From Minisyncoccota bacterium (GTDB taxonomy: Bacteria > Patescibacteriota > Minisyncoccia > Phycocordibacterales > UBA2100), in assembly GCA_022842645.1 (NCBI GenBank), contig JALHPE010000002.1, positions 149,047 to 213,046 of the forward strand: a stretch of DNA of 64,000 bases, in the 5' to 3' direction. Positions 16,782-26,148 of this stretch are shown here, in pieces; position 1 is the stretch's first letter, and each line of letters opens with the position of its first letter. The notes beneath the pieces are model-generated. The model was not told where the DNA came from. It worked only from the letters and a program-made list of their open reading frames with translations, and did no database searches. Position numbers and translations under genes: made by a program.

Positions 16782-17996
16782 CTATATAACTTCTAAAGCC
16801 GGTGCCTCAGGAGACGACTCTTCAGTCGATGTCGGACTCTCTACTGGCGTCGATTCTTCAACTGATACGGGTTCAATTGGTTCCACTTCTTCCTGTGTCT
16901 CACTCGTCACATCAATGTCCTCGCTGGAAAGAGTATCTTGTGTCAGTTCTTGAGAGGCACCTTCTTCCGTCTGTTCAACGGACACAACCGCTTCGGACAC
17001 AGCACCACCAGAACCATCTCCACCACCCCCGCTCGAGGTTGGGTCTTCTGGGATCTCGGACCCTGCCTGATGTGGTGCCTCTTCTTCTTCGATAATCAAA
17101 TCTTCTGTCGTTGTACCGAGAACTGCAGCAAACATCATTTGCTCCGGAAGAACTGGCGGCGACCATTCACCTGCACGAAATACATTGCCAATGGAGCGTT
17201 CGATGTCACTAAAGTAGGAAATGGTTCCCCCTGCACCCCCTGCCATCATAGAAGACATGAAAACGAGTCCTAACACGAGCGCGGTTGATGTGCCGTAGGT
17301 GTCTTTATGCATACGAAATTGTGTGTGCCACCACTCCGCGTGCATGAACTGCGGCTTCATATACATTGGAATGAAAATCTCGTCCATCGCGCGTTCGCGT
17401 CCATAAAAGAGACGTAGAGGCGCACCCTCTTCATCCACTGAGCCTGCACCGCCTTTGGGCGTATCATCCTCGCCACGGCGTCTGCGCAGTGCCGCACGCG
17501 CTTCTTTTGCAATCGTGATTATCTCTTCAAGAATAATGAGTCCTGCTGGAAGTCCGATGAGAAGAGCAAAACCAAGCGGCTGGCGTGCAAAATCAAGCAC
17601 AAAGCCCGCGCCCGGCACATGTACCAATACTTTTCCTATCACTTCCCGCAGGGCCACAGAGTCTTGATCGATCTCCTCGTTCGCATCCCCCTTCGTGATG
17701 AAGATTCGTTCAGAGCCAGTGCCTTCCACAGCGACAATGCGGTGGGTGGTGGGAATCTCACTTGCGGTGTCGGGGCCAAAGGTGATTACGTCGCCAACGC
17801 TGTAAGAGAACGACGAGGAAGGCTTCACGATCACCAGTGAGCCCGTCGGAATCGCGGGCTCCATCGAACCCGATTTCACAATCTTAATCTCAATGTTCCC
17901 CGGAATCGGGAGCATCGAACCCACCAGAAGCCCCGCGACACCAAGGAGAGCCGCGATGAAAATAGTGGTGAAAAGTATGTTAATGAATTTGATCAT
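16782..17996 (-). CDS. sipW: SipW-type signal peptidase I with a C-terminal SipW-substrate-like motif and acidic tail
   Basis: VKSGSMEPAIPTG, THRIV and TKGDAN (S26B motifs); later TISYFSDIERSIGNVFRAG. Confidence 0.8.
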   Translation of the reverse strand: MIKFINILFTTIFIAALLGVAGLLVGSMLPIPGNIEIKIVKSGSMEPAIPTGSLVIVKPSSSFSYSVGDVITFGPDTASEIPTTHRIVAVEGTGSERIFITKGDANEEIDQDSVALREVIGKVLVHVPGAGFVLDFARQPLGFALLIGLPAGLIILEEIITIAKEARAALRRRRGEDDTPKGGAGSVDEEGAPLRLFYGRERAMDEIFIPMYMKPQFMHAEWWHTQFRMHKDTYGTSTALVLGLVFMSSMMAGGAGGTISYFSDIERSIGNVFRAGEWSPPVLPEQMMFAAVLGTTTEDLIIEEEEAPHQAGSEIPEDPTSSGGGGDGSGGAVSEAVVSVEQTEEGASQELTQDTLSSEDIDVTSETQEEVEPIEPVSVEESTPVESPTSTEESSPEAPALEVI

Positions 17997-17997
17997 A

Positions 17998-18969
17998 TTA
18001 TCTTCCAATCAAAAGCCGTATCTGGTTGATGATGTTGGTGGTCGAAGAGGTTGACGACGCGTTCCCTGTTATGACGGTTCCGCCGCCGCCCGCATAATTA
18101 CCGCCGGTATTCGAGCTTGAAGTTGTCGTTGAATTCACTACAGCATTGTTGTTCACGTTAATCGTGACGGGACCACCACAGCCTCCATTACACGCATATT
18201 CGCAGGTCGTCCCTTTCTTCACACAGGTGAATTTCTTGTTGTCTTTCACAGGGACAGCGCGGAATGAAATGTCGACTGAGAAGGAATCTGTTTGTGCTTC
18301 GTTACCCAAGACCGTCCCGTCACAAGTAATCGTCGCCGCGGGCACATTCACCACCAAATCTCCAGCGCACCACTCAATTCCGATGTAGCGTGTGCTTGAT
18401 GCGGTGAGCGGATTTCCTGTTTTCGAATCCGCAATCGCATAGGTCATCTGATTCAACACCTTTGTCGCCGCTTGTTTATTGGTCGACGTTCCGAAAAGTG
18501 GAATCTCCCCAACTTCAAAGATATTGTCTCCGTCGTCATACCAGCCGAAAAACTCTGTCCCATCAGCCAGTTCCCCCGAGTTCGCGCCGCCGGAATTGTC
18601 TGCAAGCAATTCCGGCTCATTTCTGCCGTTCTCTTTCTCCTTCAGTTTCTCAAAGTCCAAGCAGATCCACGCATCCTTATTCACGTGGAGTGAAATGGTC
18701 GCTTCGCCTCTGTCGCCTGGCTTCACGTCAGAAATGTTGAAGAATTTATCCGAGTGTGGATTGAGGTTTTTGAGATTCCACGTGGACGCGGGTTGGATGA
18801 CCCCATTCCACGAAGCCTTGCTGTCGATCTTCAGGTCAAACGCATTGCCCTTCTTACCTGTCGCAAAGGTGAATCCTGTCGCTTCTGTCCTAAACCCAAA
18901 CGCAAGCACCACCGCCGACATAACGAGGGCGGTGAATACTATGCGTGCTGAGAGTTTGAGACGAGACAT
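17998..18969 (-). CDS. TasA/CalY-like secreted protein with divergent N-terminus
   Basis: DLKID, DVKPGDRGEATISLHV, WCAG and GNEAQTD shared with the upstream paralogues. Confidence 0.7.
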   Translation of the reverse strand: MSRLKLSARIVFTALVMSAVVLAFGFRTEATGFTFATGKKGNAFDLKIDSKASWNGVIQPASTWNLKNLNPHSDKFFNISDVKPGDRGEATISLHVNKDAWICLDFEKLKEKENGRNEPELLADNSGGANSGELADGTEFFGWYDDGDNIFEVGEIPLFGTSTNKQAATKVLNQMTYAIADSKTGNPLTASSTRYIGIEWCAGDLVVNVPAATITCDGTVLGNEAQTDSFSVDISFRAVPVKDNKKFTCVKKGTTCEYACNGGCGGPVTINVNNNAVVNSTTTSSSNTGGNYAGGGGTVITGNASSTSSTTNIINQIRLLIGR

Positions 18970-19021
18970 ATCGGTTTTCCAGCTAGAGTGCACTCAGCCC
19001 TCTTGCATTCCTCGGTATCAC

Positions 19022-20386
19022 TTAGAGATCTACCACTTGATTCAAGCTCGCACACTGGAAGTTTGCGTTGTTGCGCTGTTGCACTGCGCTGAAGACGAGG
19101 CTGGAGGTAAGAATGTCCGTCTGCGCCACGTTGTAGGACGGACTCGTACCATCACAGGTAATCGAACCATCGCCATTCACTGTCTGTTCGCCGAAGCACC
19201 ATGCGCTTCCAAGATATGCGGTTGTTGTTGCCGTGAGCGGAAGACGCGTCATGCTAACGTTCTGAAAACCACCCGTGTAGAGCGAAGTCTCTCCACTTCC
19301 CGGCTCGTAGACCCCATCGCCGTCTGTATCCCCCCAGACAAAGAGTTTGATGAAATCTGAAAGCTCACCGTTTGGAATTCCGTCGAGGAGATCGTCCCCT
19401 GCTTCAATTTCTGGTTCGATCGGCGTATTTTCGTTATCGCTCACATTTTGCGTGAGCATACATGCGTATGCATCGTTGTCATACACGTGGAGCGAAATCA
19501 CGTTCGTGCCACGATCACCTGGCTTCACGTCGTTGAAGTTCCAGAACACATCGCCGTCGGCGAGATCTTTTTCACTCCAGAGTTTGCACTGACCGTTCGT
19601 GATGACCGTCTGACAATTGAGCTCTTGTACGCGGAAATCATCCACAAATGTACCCAGAGAGTTTGCAGTACCGAGGTCGGTAAAGCGTACGCGTGTGAGG
19701 TTTGTTGTTGCAGTCACCTGCACCGTTTCTTCCTGCCACGCAATCGGACCGCCGCCGCCCGCAACATTCCCTGTGTCATCAACAACCACACCACCCCACT
19801 GTATTTCGAGTCGATTGTCGGATGCAGGTGTGTTCGGACGTGGAGCAAACTTGTATTTAATAATGTAGTTCTTGCCCGGGACTGTCGGAATGTCTCTGTA
19901 GAACGAGACAGATGCTGGCTCCCCTTGCCCGCCATCGCTCGGACCTCCCCAATCAGTGTCGAGTTCTGCGTACTGGTCGCCCTCTGCCGCAGCGCCAACT
20001 ACATTCTCGTGATATTCCATCTTGGCGACGGCCGGACGATTTTGAGAACCGAACGTCGCCGGAATATCGCTACGCCACTCAACAGTCCACCCACCCGCAG
20101 GAGAATCGAAGATGTCCCACTGAGAACCGTTTGTCACTTCTGGATCTTCAAACCCTGCTCCCGAGATTGCTAAAAGATTCCCCGGCACTTCCACACACCC
20201 GTTCTGACACTCGTCTCCGTTATATGTCTGTCTGGTGTGGTCGATTTTCAGGTCGATCGCCCCTGCGGTGAACGTGTTTCCGGTCGAAGTTTCTGTATCG
20301 GAAAAGAACGCACTCGTGCCTGTCGCAACGGCACCTCCTGCCGAGACGATGAGGAGAAGCCCCAAAACTATTCTTGATATGTTCAT
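19022..20386 (-). CDS. TasA/CalY-like SipW-substrate protein with an inserted beta-sandwich domain
   Basis: TSAFFSDTETSTGNTFTAGAIDLKID; DVKPGDRGTNVISLHV; insertion between them resembles a carbohydrate-binding fold. Confidence 0.75.
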   Translation of the reverse strand: MNISRIVLGLLLIVSAGGAVATGTSAFFSDTETSTGNTFTAGAIDLKIDHTRQTYNGDECQNGCVEVPGNLLAISGAGFEDPEVTNGSQWDIFDSPAGGWTVEWRSDIPATFGSQNRPAVAKMEYHENVVGAAAEGDQYAELDTDWGGPSDGGQGEPASVSFYRDIPTVPGKNYIIKYKFAPRPNTPASDNRLEIQWGGVVVDDTGNVAGGGGPIAWQEETVQVTATTNLTRVRFTDLGTANSLGTFVDDFRVQELNCQTVITNGQCKLWSEKDLADGDVFWNFNDVKPGDRGTNVISLHVYDNDAYACMLTQNVSDNENTPIEPEIEAGDDLLDGIPNGELSDFIKLFVWGDTDGDGVYEPGSGETSLYTGGFQNVSMTRLPLTATTTAYLGSAWCFGEQTVNGDGSITCDGTSPSYNVAQTDILTSSLVFSAVQQRNNANFQCASLNQVVDL

Positions 20387-20402
20387 AATTGTTGTTTTTA
20401 AT

Positions 20403-20677
20403 GTCACGGATATTTCTTTGGTAAGAAATTCCGCAACCCCGCCTCAGCATCGACATGCTTCCGGCCTTGCGATGGGGCCCCGTCCCCATCTCACCCCCGA
20501 ATTTTTAATGTGGCGCTGAATCTTGTTCAGCTTGCCGAGCACCTCGTGAGATGCTCGACCTAGCTATCCAAGACCTTGCGGTGCGTCACGGATATTTCTT
20601 TGCTAAGAAATTCCGCGACCCCGCCTCGGAGCCAAGCTCCTCCGGCCTTGCGACGAGCCCCCGGCTCGTCGCACCCG
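20403..20677 (-). repeat. tandem pair of covarying multi-hairpin repeat units
   Basis: Units about 20403-20497 and 20585-20677 share GTCACGGATATTTCTTTG.TAAGAAATTCCGC.ACCCCGCCTC; stems differ compensatorily. Confidence 0.75.
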
Positions 20678-20840
20678 CCTGCCGGATTTTCAGCTCTTTG
20701 GAGCTGAAAATCCGGCGAAAGTACGGCTATACCCGAGCCTCATTCGTGCAATTTCGGGCGAAATTGCACGCAAGCTCGTTTTGACCCTATCTCCTCACAA
20801 CGCGCGTTGTGAGGAGATCCTGGGTCAGGCTAGAGAACTA

Positions 20841-21773
20841 CTAGCTCTGAGGATTGCAAGAGAAGTTCGGATTGTTTCGAGACTGCTCTACGTAGAATGT
20901 CAGGTCGGCATTCCATGAATCGGTTTGTGCTTCGTTGCCCATAGTCGCACCGTTACAAACGATTGGATTACCTGGAGTTGGAGTTCCAATATCGCCCGCA
21001 CACCATGCGAGACCAATGTAACTGGTTGAACCGCCCTCAATTGGGGTATCGCCACCCTCTGCAAGTGCCCACGTTGTGGCTGCGAGCGAGCTCGCAGAAA
21101 CGGGCCCACCAAGTGCTGTTTCGCCAAGTTCAAAGACGTTATCGCCGTCGTCTGTCCATGCGAAGAACTCAAGATTGGTGTCGAGATCTCCATTGTTAGG
21201 GGTTGCATCTTCCCCTACAAGACCTCCAGATTCATCTTCTGGCTCGGTAATGCTGTTATCAGCATCGCCAATGTTTGCAATCGATGCACACATCCATGCA
21301 TCATTGCTGCCGACGTGAATCGAGATGGTGTTTTCACCATTGTCGCCCGGCTTGATGTCATTGAAGTTAAAGAATTCATCCATGCCAAGTGTGTTTTCGC
21401 TCAGGTTACCCACTGGCCATGTGCCCGTACATGCCGAGCCTGCTGTTGGGAACTGCGCAGGATTTGCAAGATTGTATGCATCCCATTCAGTTTGCTCATT
21501 CATGTTTCCAGCTGCTACAGGAGAAGACGAAGCGTTCAGTGTCACACTCGTCTCTGGAATGTAGTGGTAGGTGGCACCAACGAGTGTGCAGACCATGCCG
21601 TTGTAATGAGCGACGCTATCGATCTGAAGATCAATATCGCCCGCTGTAAACGTATTTCCCGTCGACGTTTCCGTGTCGGAGAAGAATGCGCCCGTCGAGC
21701 TTACGACGACCGCGCCCACAAACACAATCATCGCAAGAGATGCGAGGATGCGTGTATTAAGAAGTGCTGTCAT
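20841..21773 (-). CDS. TasA/CalY-like SipW-substrate protein (probable major subunit)
   Basis: TGAFFSDTETSTGNTFTAGDIDLQID, DIKPGDNGENTISIHV, EQSRNNPNFSC. Confidence 0.8.
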   Translation of the reverse strand: MTALLNTRILASLAMIVFVGAVVVSSTGAFFSDTETSTGNTFTAGDIDLQIDSVAHYNGMVCTLVGATYHYIPETSVTLNASSSPVAAGNMNEQTEWDAYNLANPAQFPTAGSACTGTWPVGNLSENTLGMDEFFNFNDIKPGDNGENTISIHVGSNDAWMCASIANIGDADNSITEPEDESGGLVGEDATPNNGDLDTNLEFFAWTDDGDNVFELGETALGGPVSASSLAATTWALAEGGDTPIEGGSTSYIGLAWCAGDIGTPTPGNPIVCNGATMGNEAQTDSWNADLTFYVEQSRNNPNFSCNPQS

Positions 21774-22285
21774 ATATTTGTAATTTCTATTACCTACTTT
21801 TCTAATAACTACTATCTAATTTCTATTTTTTAATGTGACTCCTTGTCGGGATCGACCGTCCGACTCCGCCAGCCGGCGGACGCTCACGACAAAGAGCCGC
21901 GTTTTTTTTATTGAATCAGAAAACAAACGCGGCTCGTCGCGATGAGCTTAGCTTGTAAACAAGTGATGGTGAGATACACCATGCGGGTGAACATGCCTTC
22001 ACGTTCCCCGCCGTGAGACACTTATAGAGTAATAGCACGCGTGAACACCTGTCAATTTTTTACACAACGTTTATTTCGGTGGAAAACTATGTGGACAACC
22101 TGTCAAAGGAGTGTGGATAGTCTAGGGGCGAAAAAAGTGTACAACGTGTGAACAAACCTGTGGAAAAGCTCTTTATTATGATATTGACATAAGGTAAAAC
22201 ACCACGGGCTACTTGCGCACTTTTCTAAGAGGTATGCCGTGAAGGCAGTGCCTACATTCCGTGGGACACAGCAAAGGAGAGTGTC

Positions 22286-22372
22286 ATGGAAGTATTGGGA
22301 ATGGAATGGTATTTGTGGCTCGCCCTGGCGATTATAGTGTGGTTCATCTACCACGTCGTCAAACCTGGGTGA
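22286..22372 (+). CDS. small single-TM peptide (28 aa)
   Basis: SD AAAGGAG; MEVLGMEWYLWLALAIIVWFIYHVVKPG*; followed by a CGCCTCGAG..CTCGAGGCG hairpin. Confidence 0.45.
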   Translation: MEVLGMEWYLWLALAIIVWFIYHVVKPG

Positions 22373-22505
22373 TGTCGCGCCGCCTCGAGAGCTTGCCTCG
22401 AGGCGGTTCTGCATTGAGCACATCATGCTCGACAAGAAAAAGGTACGGGTGTAGGGTTACTCACTGGCATGCGCGCATACCTGTAGCAAAGGGAGAAGAA
22501 AGACA

Positions 22506-22703
22506 ATGCCTCAGGAAAAGCAAAAGGAAACGGACCTATCGGGGCTTCCCCCGATACCGAATCAAAACGCGGGTGAAGAAATGGGAGAGGCAAGAATTGT
22601 TCCCACTCCTCGAAGAGTGGTTGATCTTTCGGGGTTCCCGGAAGACTGCGGGGGTCATAGCATCGGAAGCAAACCGCGCTTTACTCCTCCAAGCGAACAT
22701 TAG
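22506..22703 (+). CDS. small hypothetical protein
   Basis: 65-aa ORF with a purine-rich SD-like upstream sequence. Confidence 0.35.
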   Translation: MPQEKQKETDLSGLPPIPNQNAGEEMGEARIVPTPRRVVDLSGFPEDCGGHSIGSKPRFTPPSEH

Positions 22704-22775
22704 AAAAACATCTAACTAATCATTCATCCGCGCGCTTGCTGACCCTCACTTCGGTGAGGGTCTTTGCTTTTCCAC

Positions 22776-23177
22776 TCACTTCCCTGCTACCTTGAAATTA
22801 ACGTAAAGATTCATGCCGTAGGTCCAGAGCCCAACAAACCCAGCAATAATGATACGACTGAGAATATAGCTAAAACCAAGCACATCCACCGCCAGATACA
22901 TAAGTCCCATCACCGTAAAAAGCCCCACCCCTGCAATTGCCAGAAAAATAACATACCCCGACTCCAGCGCACGTTCCGTCTCGGGAAACACATGCTCTCG
23001 GGATAGCCAGTAGTTTAAAGAAACGGCAATAGCAAACGCGATACCCGCGGAAAAAACATAGTAGACGCCAAGAACGTCCGTAAGGAAGAAAAGAAGTGCC
23101 AGATCGAGGGCGAATGTGGAAGTGCCCACTGCGGTGTATTTGAGAAAACGCTGAATGCCTTTGGGTGGTGAGAACAT
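22776..23177 (-). CDS. GtrA family protein
   Basis: QRFLKYTAVG..T..D, NY.LSR..VF; four TMs. Confidence 0.85.
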   Translation of the reverse strand: MFSPPKGIQRFLKYTAVGTSTFALDLALLFFLTDVLGVYYVFSAGIAFAIAVSLNYWLSREHVFPETERALESGYVIFLAIAGVGLFTVMGLMYLAVDVLGFSYILSRIIIAGFVGLWTYGMNLYVNFKVAGK

Positions 23178-23246
23178 ACCGGGTGATTGTAGCAAAATGG
23201 TGGACTACTCGCCTTCCGTAAAATCTTCTGGTAAAGTACTCGGAAC

Positions 23247-23319
23247 GGGCCCTTAGCTCATCTGGTAGAGCACCTCATTTGCAATGAGGGGGTGGCAGGT
23301 TCGAGTCCTGTAGGGTCCA
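23247..23319 (+). tRNA. tRNA-Ala (TGC)
   Basis: GGGCCCTTAGCTCATCTGGTAGAGCACCTCA-TTTGCAA-TGAGGGGGTGGCAGGTTCGAGTCCTGTAGGGTCCA; G3-U70 pair. Confidence 0.95.
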
Positions 23320-23407
23320 CAGCGCACTAAAATCCTCCCCTGCGGGAGGATTTTTGGCGCTGTGGAAAGCGGAGCGTTATGAGGCCAGTAGGCCGAATCG
23401 CGAGCTA

Positions 23408-23553
23408 GGGTCGTGGAATTTTTTGAGCGACGGCGAGAAAAATATCCCTGACCACATACTGGAGGGCGCAAACGATGTCGCATCAGCATATGCGACCGTG
23501 CGCCGGGGTCGCGAAAAAATTCGTCCGGCGGGACGAATTTTATTTGTGACCAC
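23408..23553 (+). repeat. two more copies of the GGGTCG.G.AA-hairpin-TAT...TGAC element
   Basis: 23408-23455 and 23505-23553 resemble the cores at 20403-20440 and 20585-20622. Confidence 0.6.
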
Positions 23554-23572
23554 AACCTGCAATCTTTTTCCC

Positions 23573-24541
23573 TCATCTCCGCGCGAGTCCGATGGCATGC
23601 GTAAGATACTCCCCTCTCGAGGCTCCTACACTCTCCAGCATTGCAGGAAATGCCGCCCCATCGTAAAGCCCCGGAAGAGCATTCACCTCCAGAAGATAGG
23701 GACCACGTTTCGTTACAATAAAATCCGAACGCGAAGAATGTGAAAGCCTCAGTGCTCGGTGCGCCGCACGTGCCATTTCGGCAAGCTCCGCCTTTTCATC
23801 ATGTCCGAAATCACTTGGCACAATAAATCGTGCCTCGCCAGAGTGATGATGATCAAAGTGGAGAAACGGCGACTCTTCCGGATACATCACCCGCGCAGGC
23901 GGCAACACATACAGCTCTTCTCCACGAAAATCGTCTATCACACCTACCGTTGCCTCCTCCCCCAAAAGGTATTCTTGCACCACAGCACTTCCAAATGCTT
24001 CAAGCATGTCGGCTATTCTCTCTCCAAGTTCAACAAATGTTGCCACCAAGACGACACCATGCGAAGCGCCTTCGCGCGCCGGCTTCACGATGTAAGGGGG
24101 GCCAAACTCTTGAAACACAAAACGGCTCATCTCTGCCGTGTTCAAACCTGATGAGAGTGTGAAGCCAACCGACAGAGGCATGCGAATCCCAGCTTTTTTG
24201 AGCTCAATACCTGCTTGAATTTTGTTGAGTGAAAGGCCGGAAGCGAGCGCATTTGAACCTGTGAACGGCACACCAAGAGTCTGTAAAATCCGCTGCACCG
24301 TGCCGTCTTCCCCCGGGCCGCCGTGTAAACCATTAATCACAACATCCACCTGCGCCAGCGCACGAGCAGGCTCAACTGGAATACCGCGTGCGTGCCAATA
24401 TCCTTTTCTATCAATGAAAATATCGCGGAGGTCGTACTCGCTTTCGGGAAGTGCATTCAAAATGCTCGTACCCGTTTTGAGCGAAAGGTCGTACTCACTT
24501 GACGGGCCACCACGAAGAACACCAACAATCGTTCGTGCCAT
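23573..24541 (-). CDS. ddl: D-alanine--D-alanine ligase
   Basis: GGPSSEYDLSLKTG, LHGGPGEDGTVQ, VKPAREGASHGV, LEVNALPG. Confidence 0.9.
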   Translation of the reverse strand: MARTIVGVLRGGPSSEYDLSLKTGTSILNALPESEYDLRDIFIDRKGYWHARGIPVEPARALAQVDVVINGLHGGPGEDGTVQRILQTLGVPFTGSNALASGLSLNKIQAGIELKKAGIRMPLSVGFTLSSGLNTAEMSRFVFQEFGPPYIVKPAREGASHGVVLVATFVELGERIADMLEAFGSAVVQEYLLGEEATVGVIDDFRGEELYVLPPARVMYPEESPFLHFDHHHSGEARFIVPSDFGHDEKAELAEMARAAHRALRLSHSSRSDFIVTKRGPYLLEVNALPGLYDGAAFPAMLESVGASRGEYLTHAIGLARR

Positions 24542-24548
24542 TCGCGCA

Positions 24549-25781
24549 TCATACCATCGCGCGCCGTTGTCGTTTGCGGTGATAGTTGATAGCGAAACGA
24601 TGCGCTTCACTATTCGCAAGAAGTATTTCCTTCTCTCGCTCGAGAATCGCTTTCTGATCCCCCACCAGCCGCGAAGGACGATGAAATTCATCTTTTACTA
24701 CACCCACCAAAGGGATGAGCACGCCCGCTTTCTCTAAGACGCGCTTTGCCGCATTCATCTGCGCGGTCGAACCATCCACGATGATGAGCCGCGGAAGGTG
24801 CCACTCAGGATGCATGAGGCGACGTTGAAGTATTTCACTCAGCGCACCCGGATCGTTGTTGGTAAATCCTTTCACCTTAAATTTTCGATACTCGCTCTTT
24901 TGCGCTTCGCCGTCTTCTACCACCACCATAACTCCTACCGTCTCCGTGCCCGCAGTGTGCGCAACGTCATATGCCTCGATGCGATTGCCGCTCGCACGCA
25001 CAGAGCCCCCGCTGGCAAAACGAGCATCATCTTTTATCAGTGCCACATCACGAATATGTGTGAGGGCTGCAACTTGGCGACGAAGTGCACTCGCGTCCTC
25101 AAACCGCTCACCCTTCGCCGCCTTCGCCATTGCACGCTCGAGCTCTTTCAGGAGAGTTTGTTTCTTGCCGGAAAAGAGAAGAACGATATGCTTCACACGC
25201 TCAGCATATTCTTTCTCACTCATCTCACCGGTACATACACCAGGACACAGTCCAATCTGCCGATTAAAGCACGGCTTTCCTTTTCCGGGAGTACATTTTG
25301 AATCACGATAGGGCAAAATTTTCCGCACCAATTTCATCGCCTCGCGCAGCGCTCCTCCTTGAGGAAATGGTCCAAACAAATGCTTAATTTTTCCCCCTTC
25401 CCACTTCGTGAAAAGTTCCCTGCCGCGCACGACGATAAGCACAGGAAATGCTTCGTCAGTTATCACGAGATAGTTGAAGCTCTTATTGTCTTTTTCGTCG
25501 GTATTAAAGGGCGGTTCAAGTTTCTTGATTTCGTTTGCTTCCAGAATCAGTGCTTCAAGGACGGAATCCGTCTCTTCCCAGGTGAGGGAATCCGCCTCAA
25601 GCACCATCCCCGCAATTGCGGGAGAACGCGCCTCCACCAAATCCTTTGAAAAATAGCTCCGCACACGATCGCGCAGTGACGTCGCCTTCCCCACATAAAG
25701 CACCCGCTTCCCTTTCTGAAAGCGGTAAATACCCGGACTATCTGGCAGATCGTAGGATGTGAGTGTTTCGCGTTCCATCAA
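24549..25781 (-). CDS. uvrC: excinuclease ABC subunit C (short form)
   Basis: GIY-YIG (PGIY..YVGKA..LRDRV), CFNRQIGLCPGVC, UVR domain, RNase H-like domain; no C-terminal HhH. Confidence 0.85.
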   Translation of the reverse strand: MMERETLTSYDLPDSPGIYRFQKGKRVLYVGKATSLRDRVRSYFSKDLVEARSPAIAGMVLEADSLTWEETDSVLEALILEANEIKKLEPPFNTDEKDNKSFNYLVITDEAFPVLIVVRGRELFTKWEGGKIKHLFGPFPQGGALREAMKLVRKILPYRDSKCTPGKGKPCFNRQIGLCPGVCTGEMSEKEYAERVKHIVLLFSGKKQTLLKELERAMAKAAKGERFEDASALRRQVAALTHIRDVALIKDDARFASGGSVRASGNRIEAYDVAHTAGTETVGVMVVVEDGEAQKSEYRKFKVKGFTNNDPGALSEILQRRLMHPEWHLPRLIIVDGSTAQMNAAKRVLEKAGVLIPLVGVVKDEFHRPSRLVGDQKAILEREKEILLANSEAHRFAINYHRKRQRRAMV

Positions 25782-25799
25782 AAGAGTGTGCCGCAGGTT

Positions 25800-26057
25800 T
25801 TACTCTGCGGCAAGTAATTCGGATTCAGGTTTTTCTTTGTTCCACGGGAAGGCTTCATAAAATTCCGCTACTACATACGGAGGCAGGTATCCATTCTCCT
25901 CGTAATTTCGGTAATCAAGGCGTGCGGCTTCAGCCCCCTCGGACATATTCTGTCTTCGATGGGAGACAATAAACACCTCGACAGGGGATTCCACTTTGAA
26001 GTGCCCAAGCAAACAGCGAACCATCCACTCGTAGGGCGTGAGGACACGATTATGCAT
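25800..26057 (-). CDS. hypothetical protein
   Basis: 85 aa; SD GAGGTG. Confidence 0.5.
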   Translation of the reverse strand: MHNRVLTPYEWMVRCLLGHFKVESPVEVFIVSHRRQNMSEGAEAARLDYRNYEENGYLPPYVVAEFYEAFPWNKEKPESELLAAE

Positions 26058-26148
26058 GTGACACCTCGCTACTACTGGTGAGAGAACACACTAAAAATTA
26101 ACTATACTTCACGGAACGTGAAATAATTCTGCACACAACTGGGGAAAA

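Noticed and set aside
20403-20677. CRISPR array or c-di-GMP riboswitch tandem
   Set aside because: Only two long units with covarying stems, no repeat-spacer periodicity, and no recognisable c-di-GMP riboswitch consensus.
22057-22170. Replication origin
   Set aside because: No dnaA/dnaN nearby, and gene strand bias does not switch across the site.
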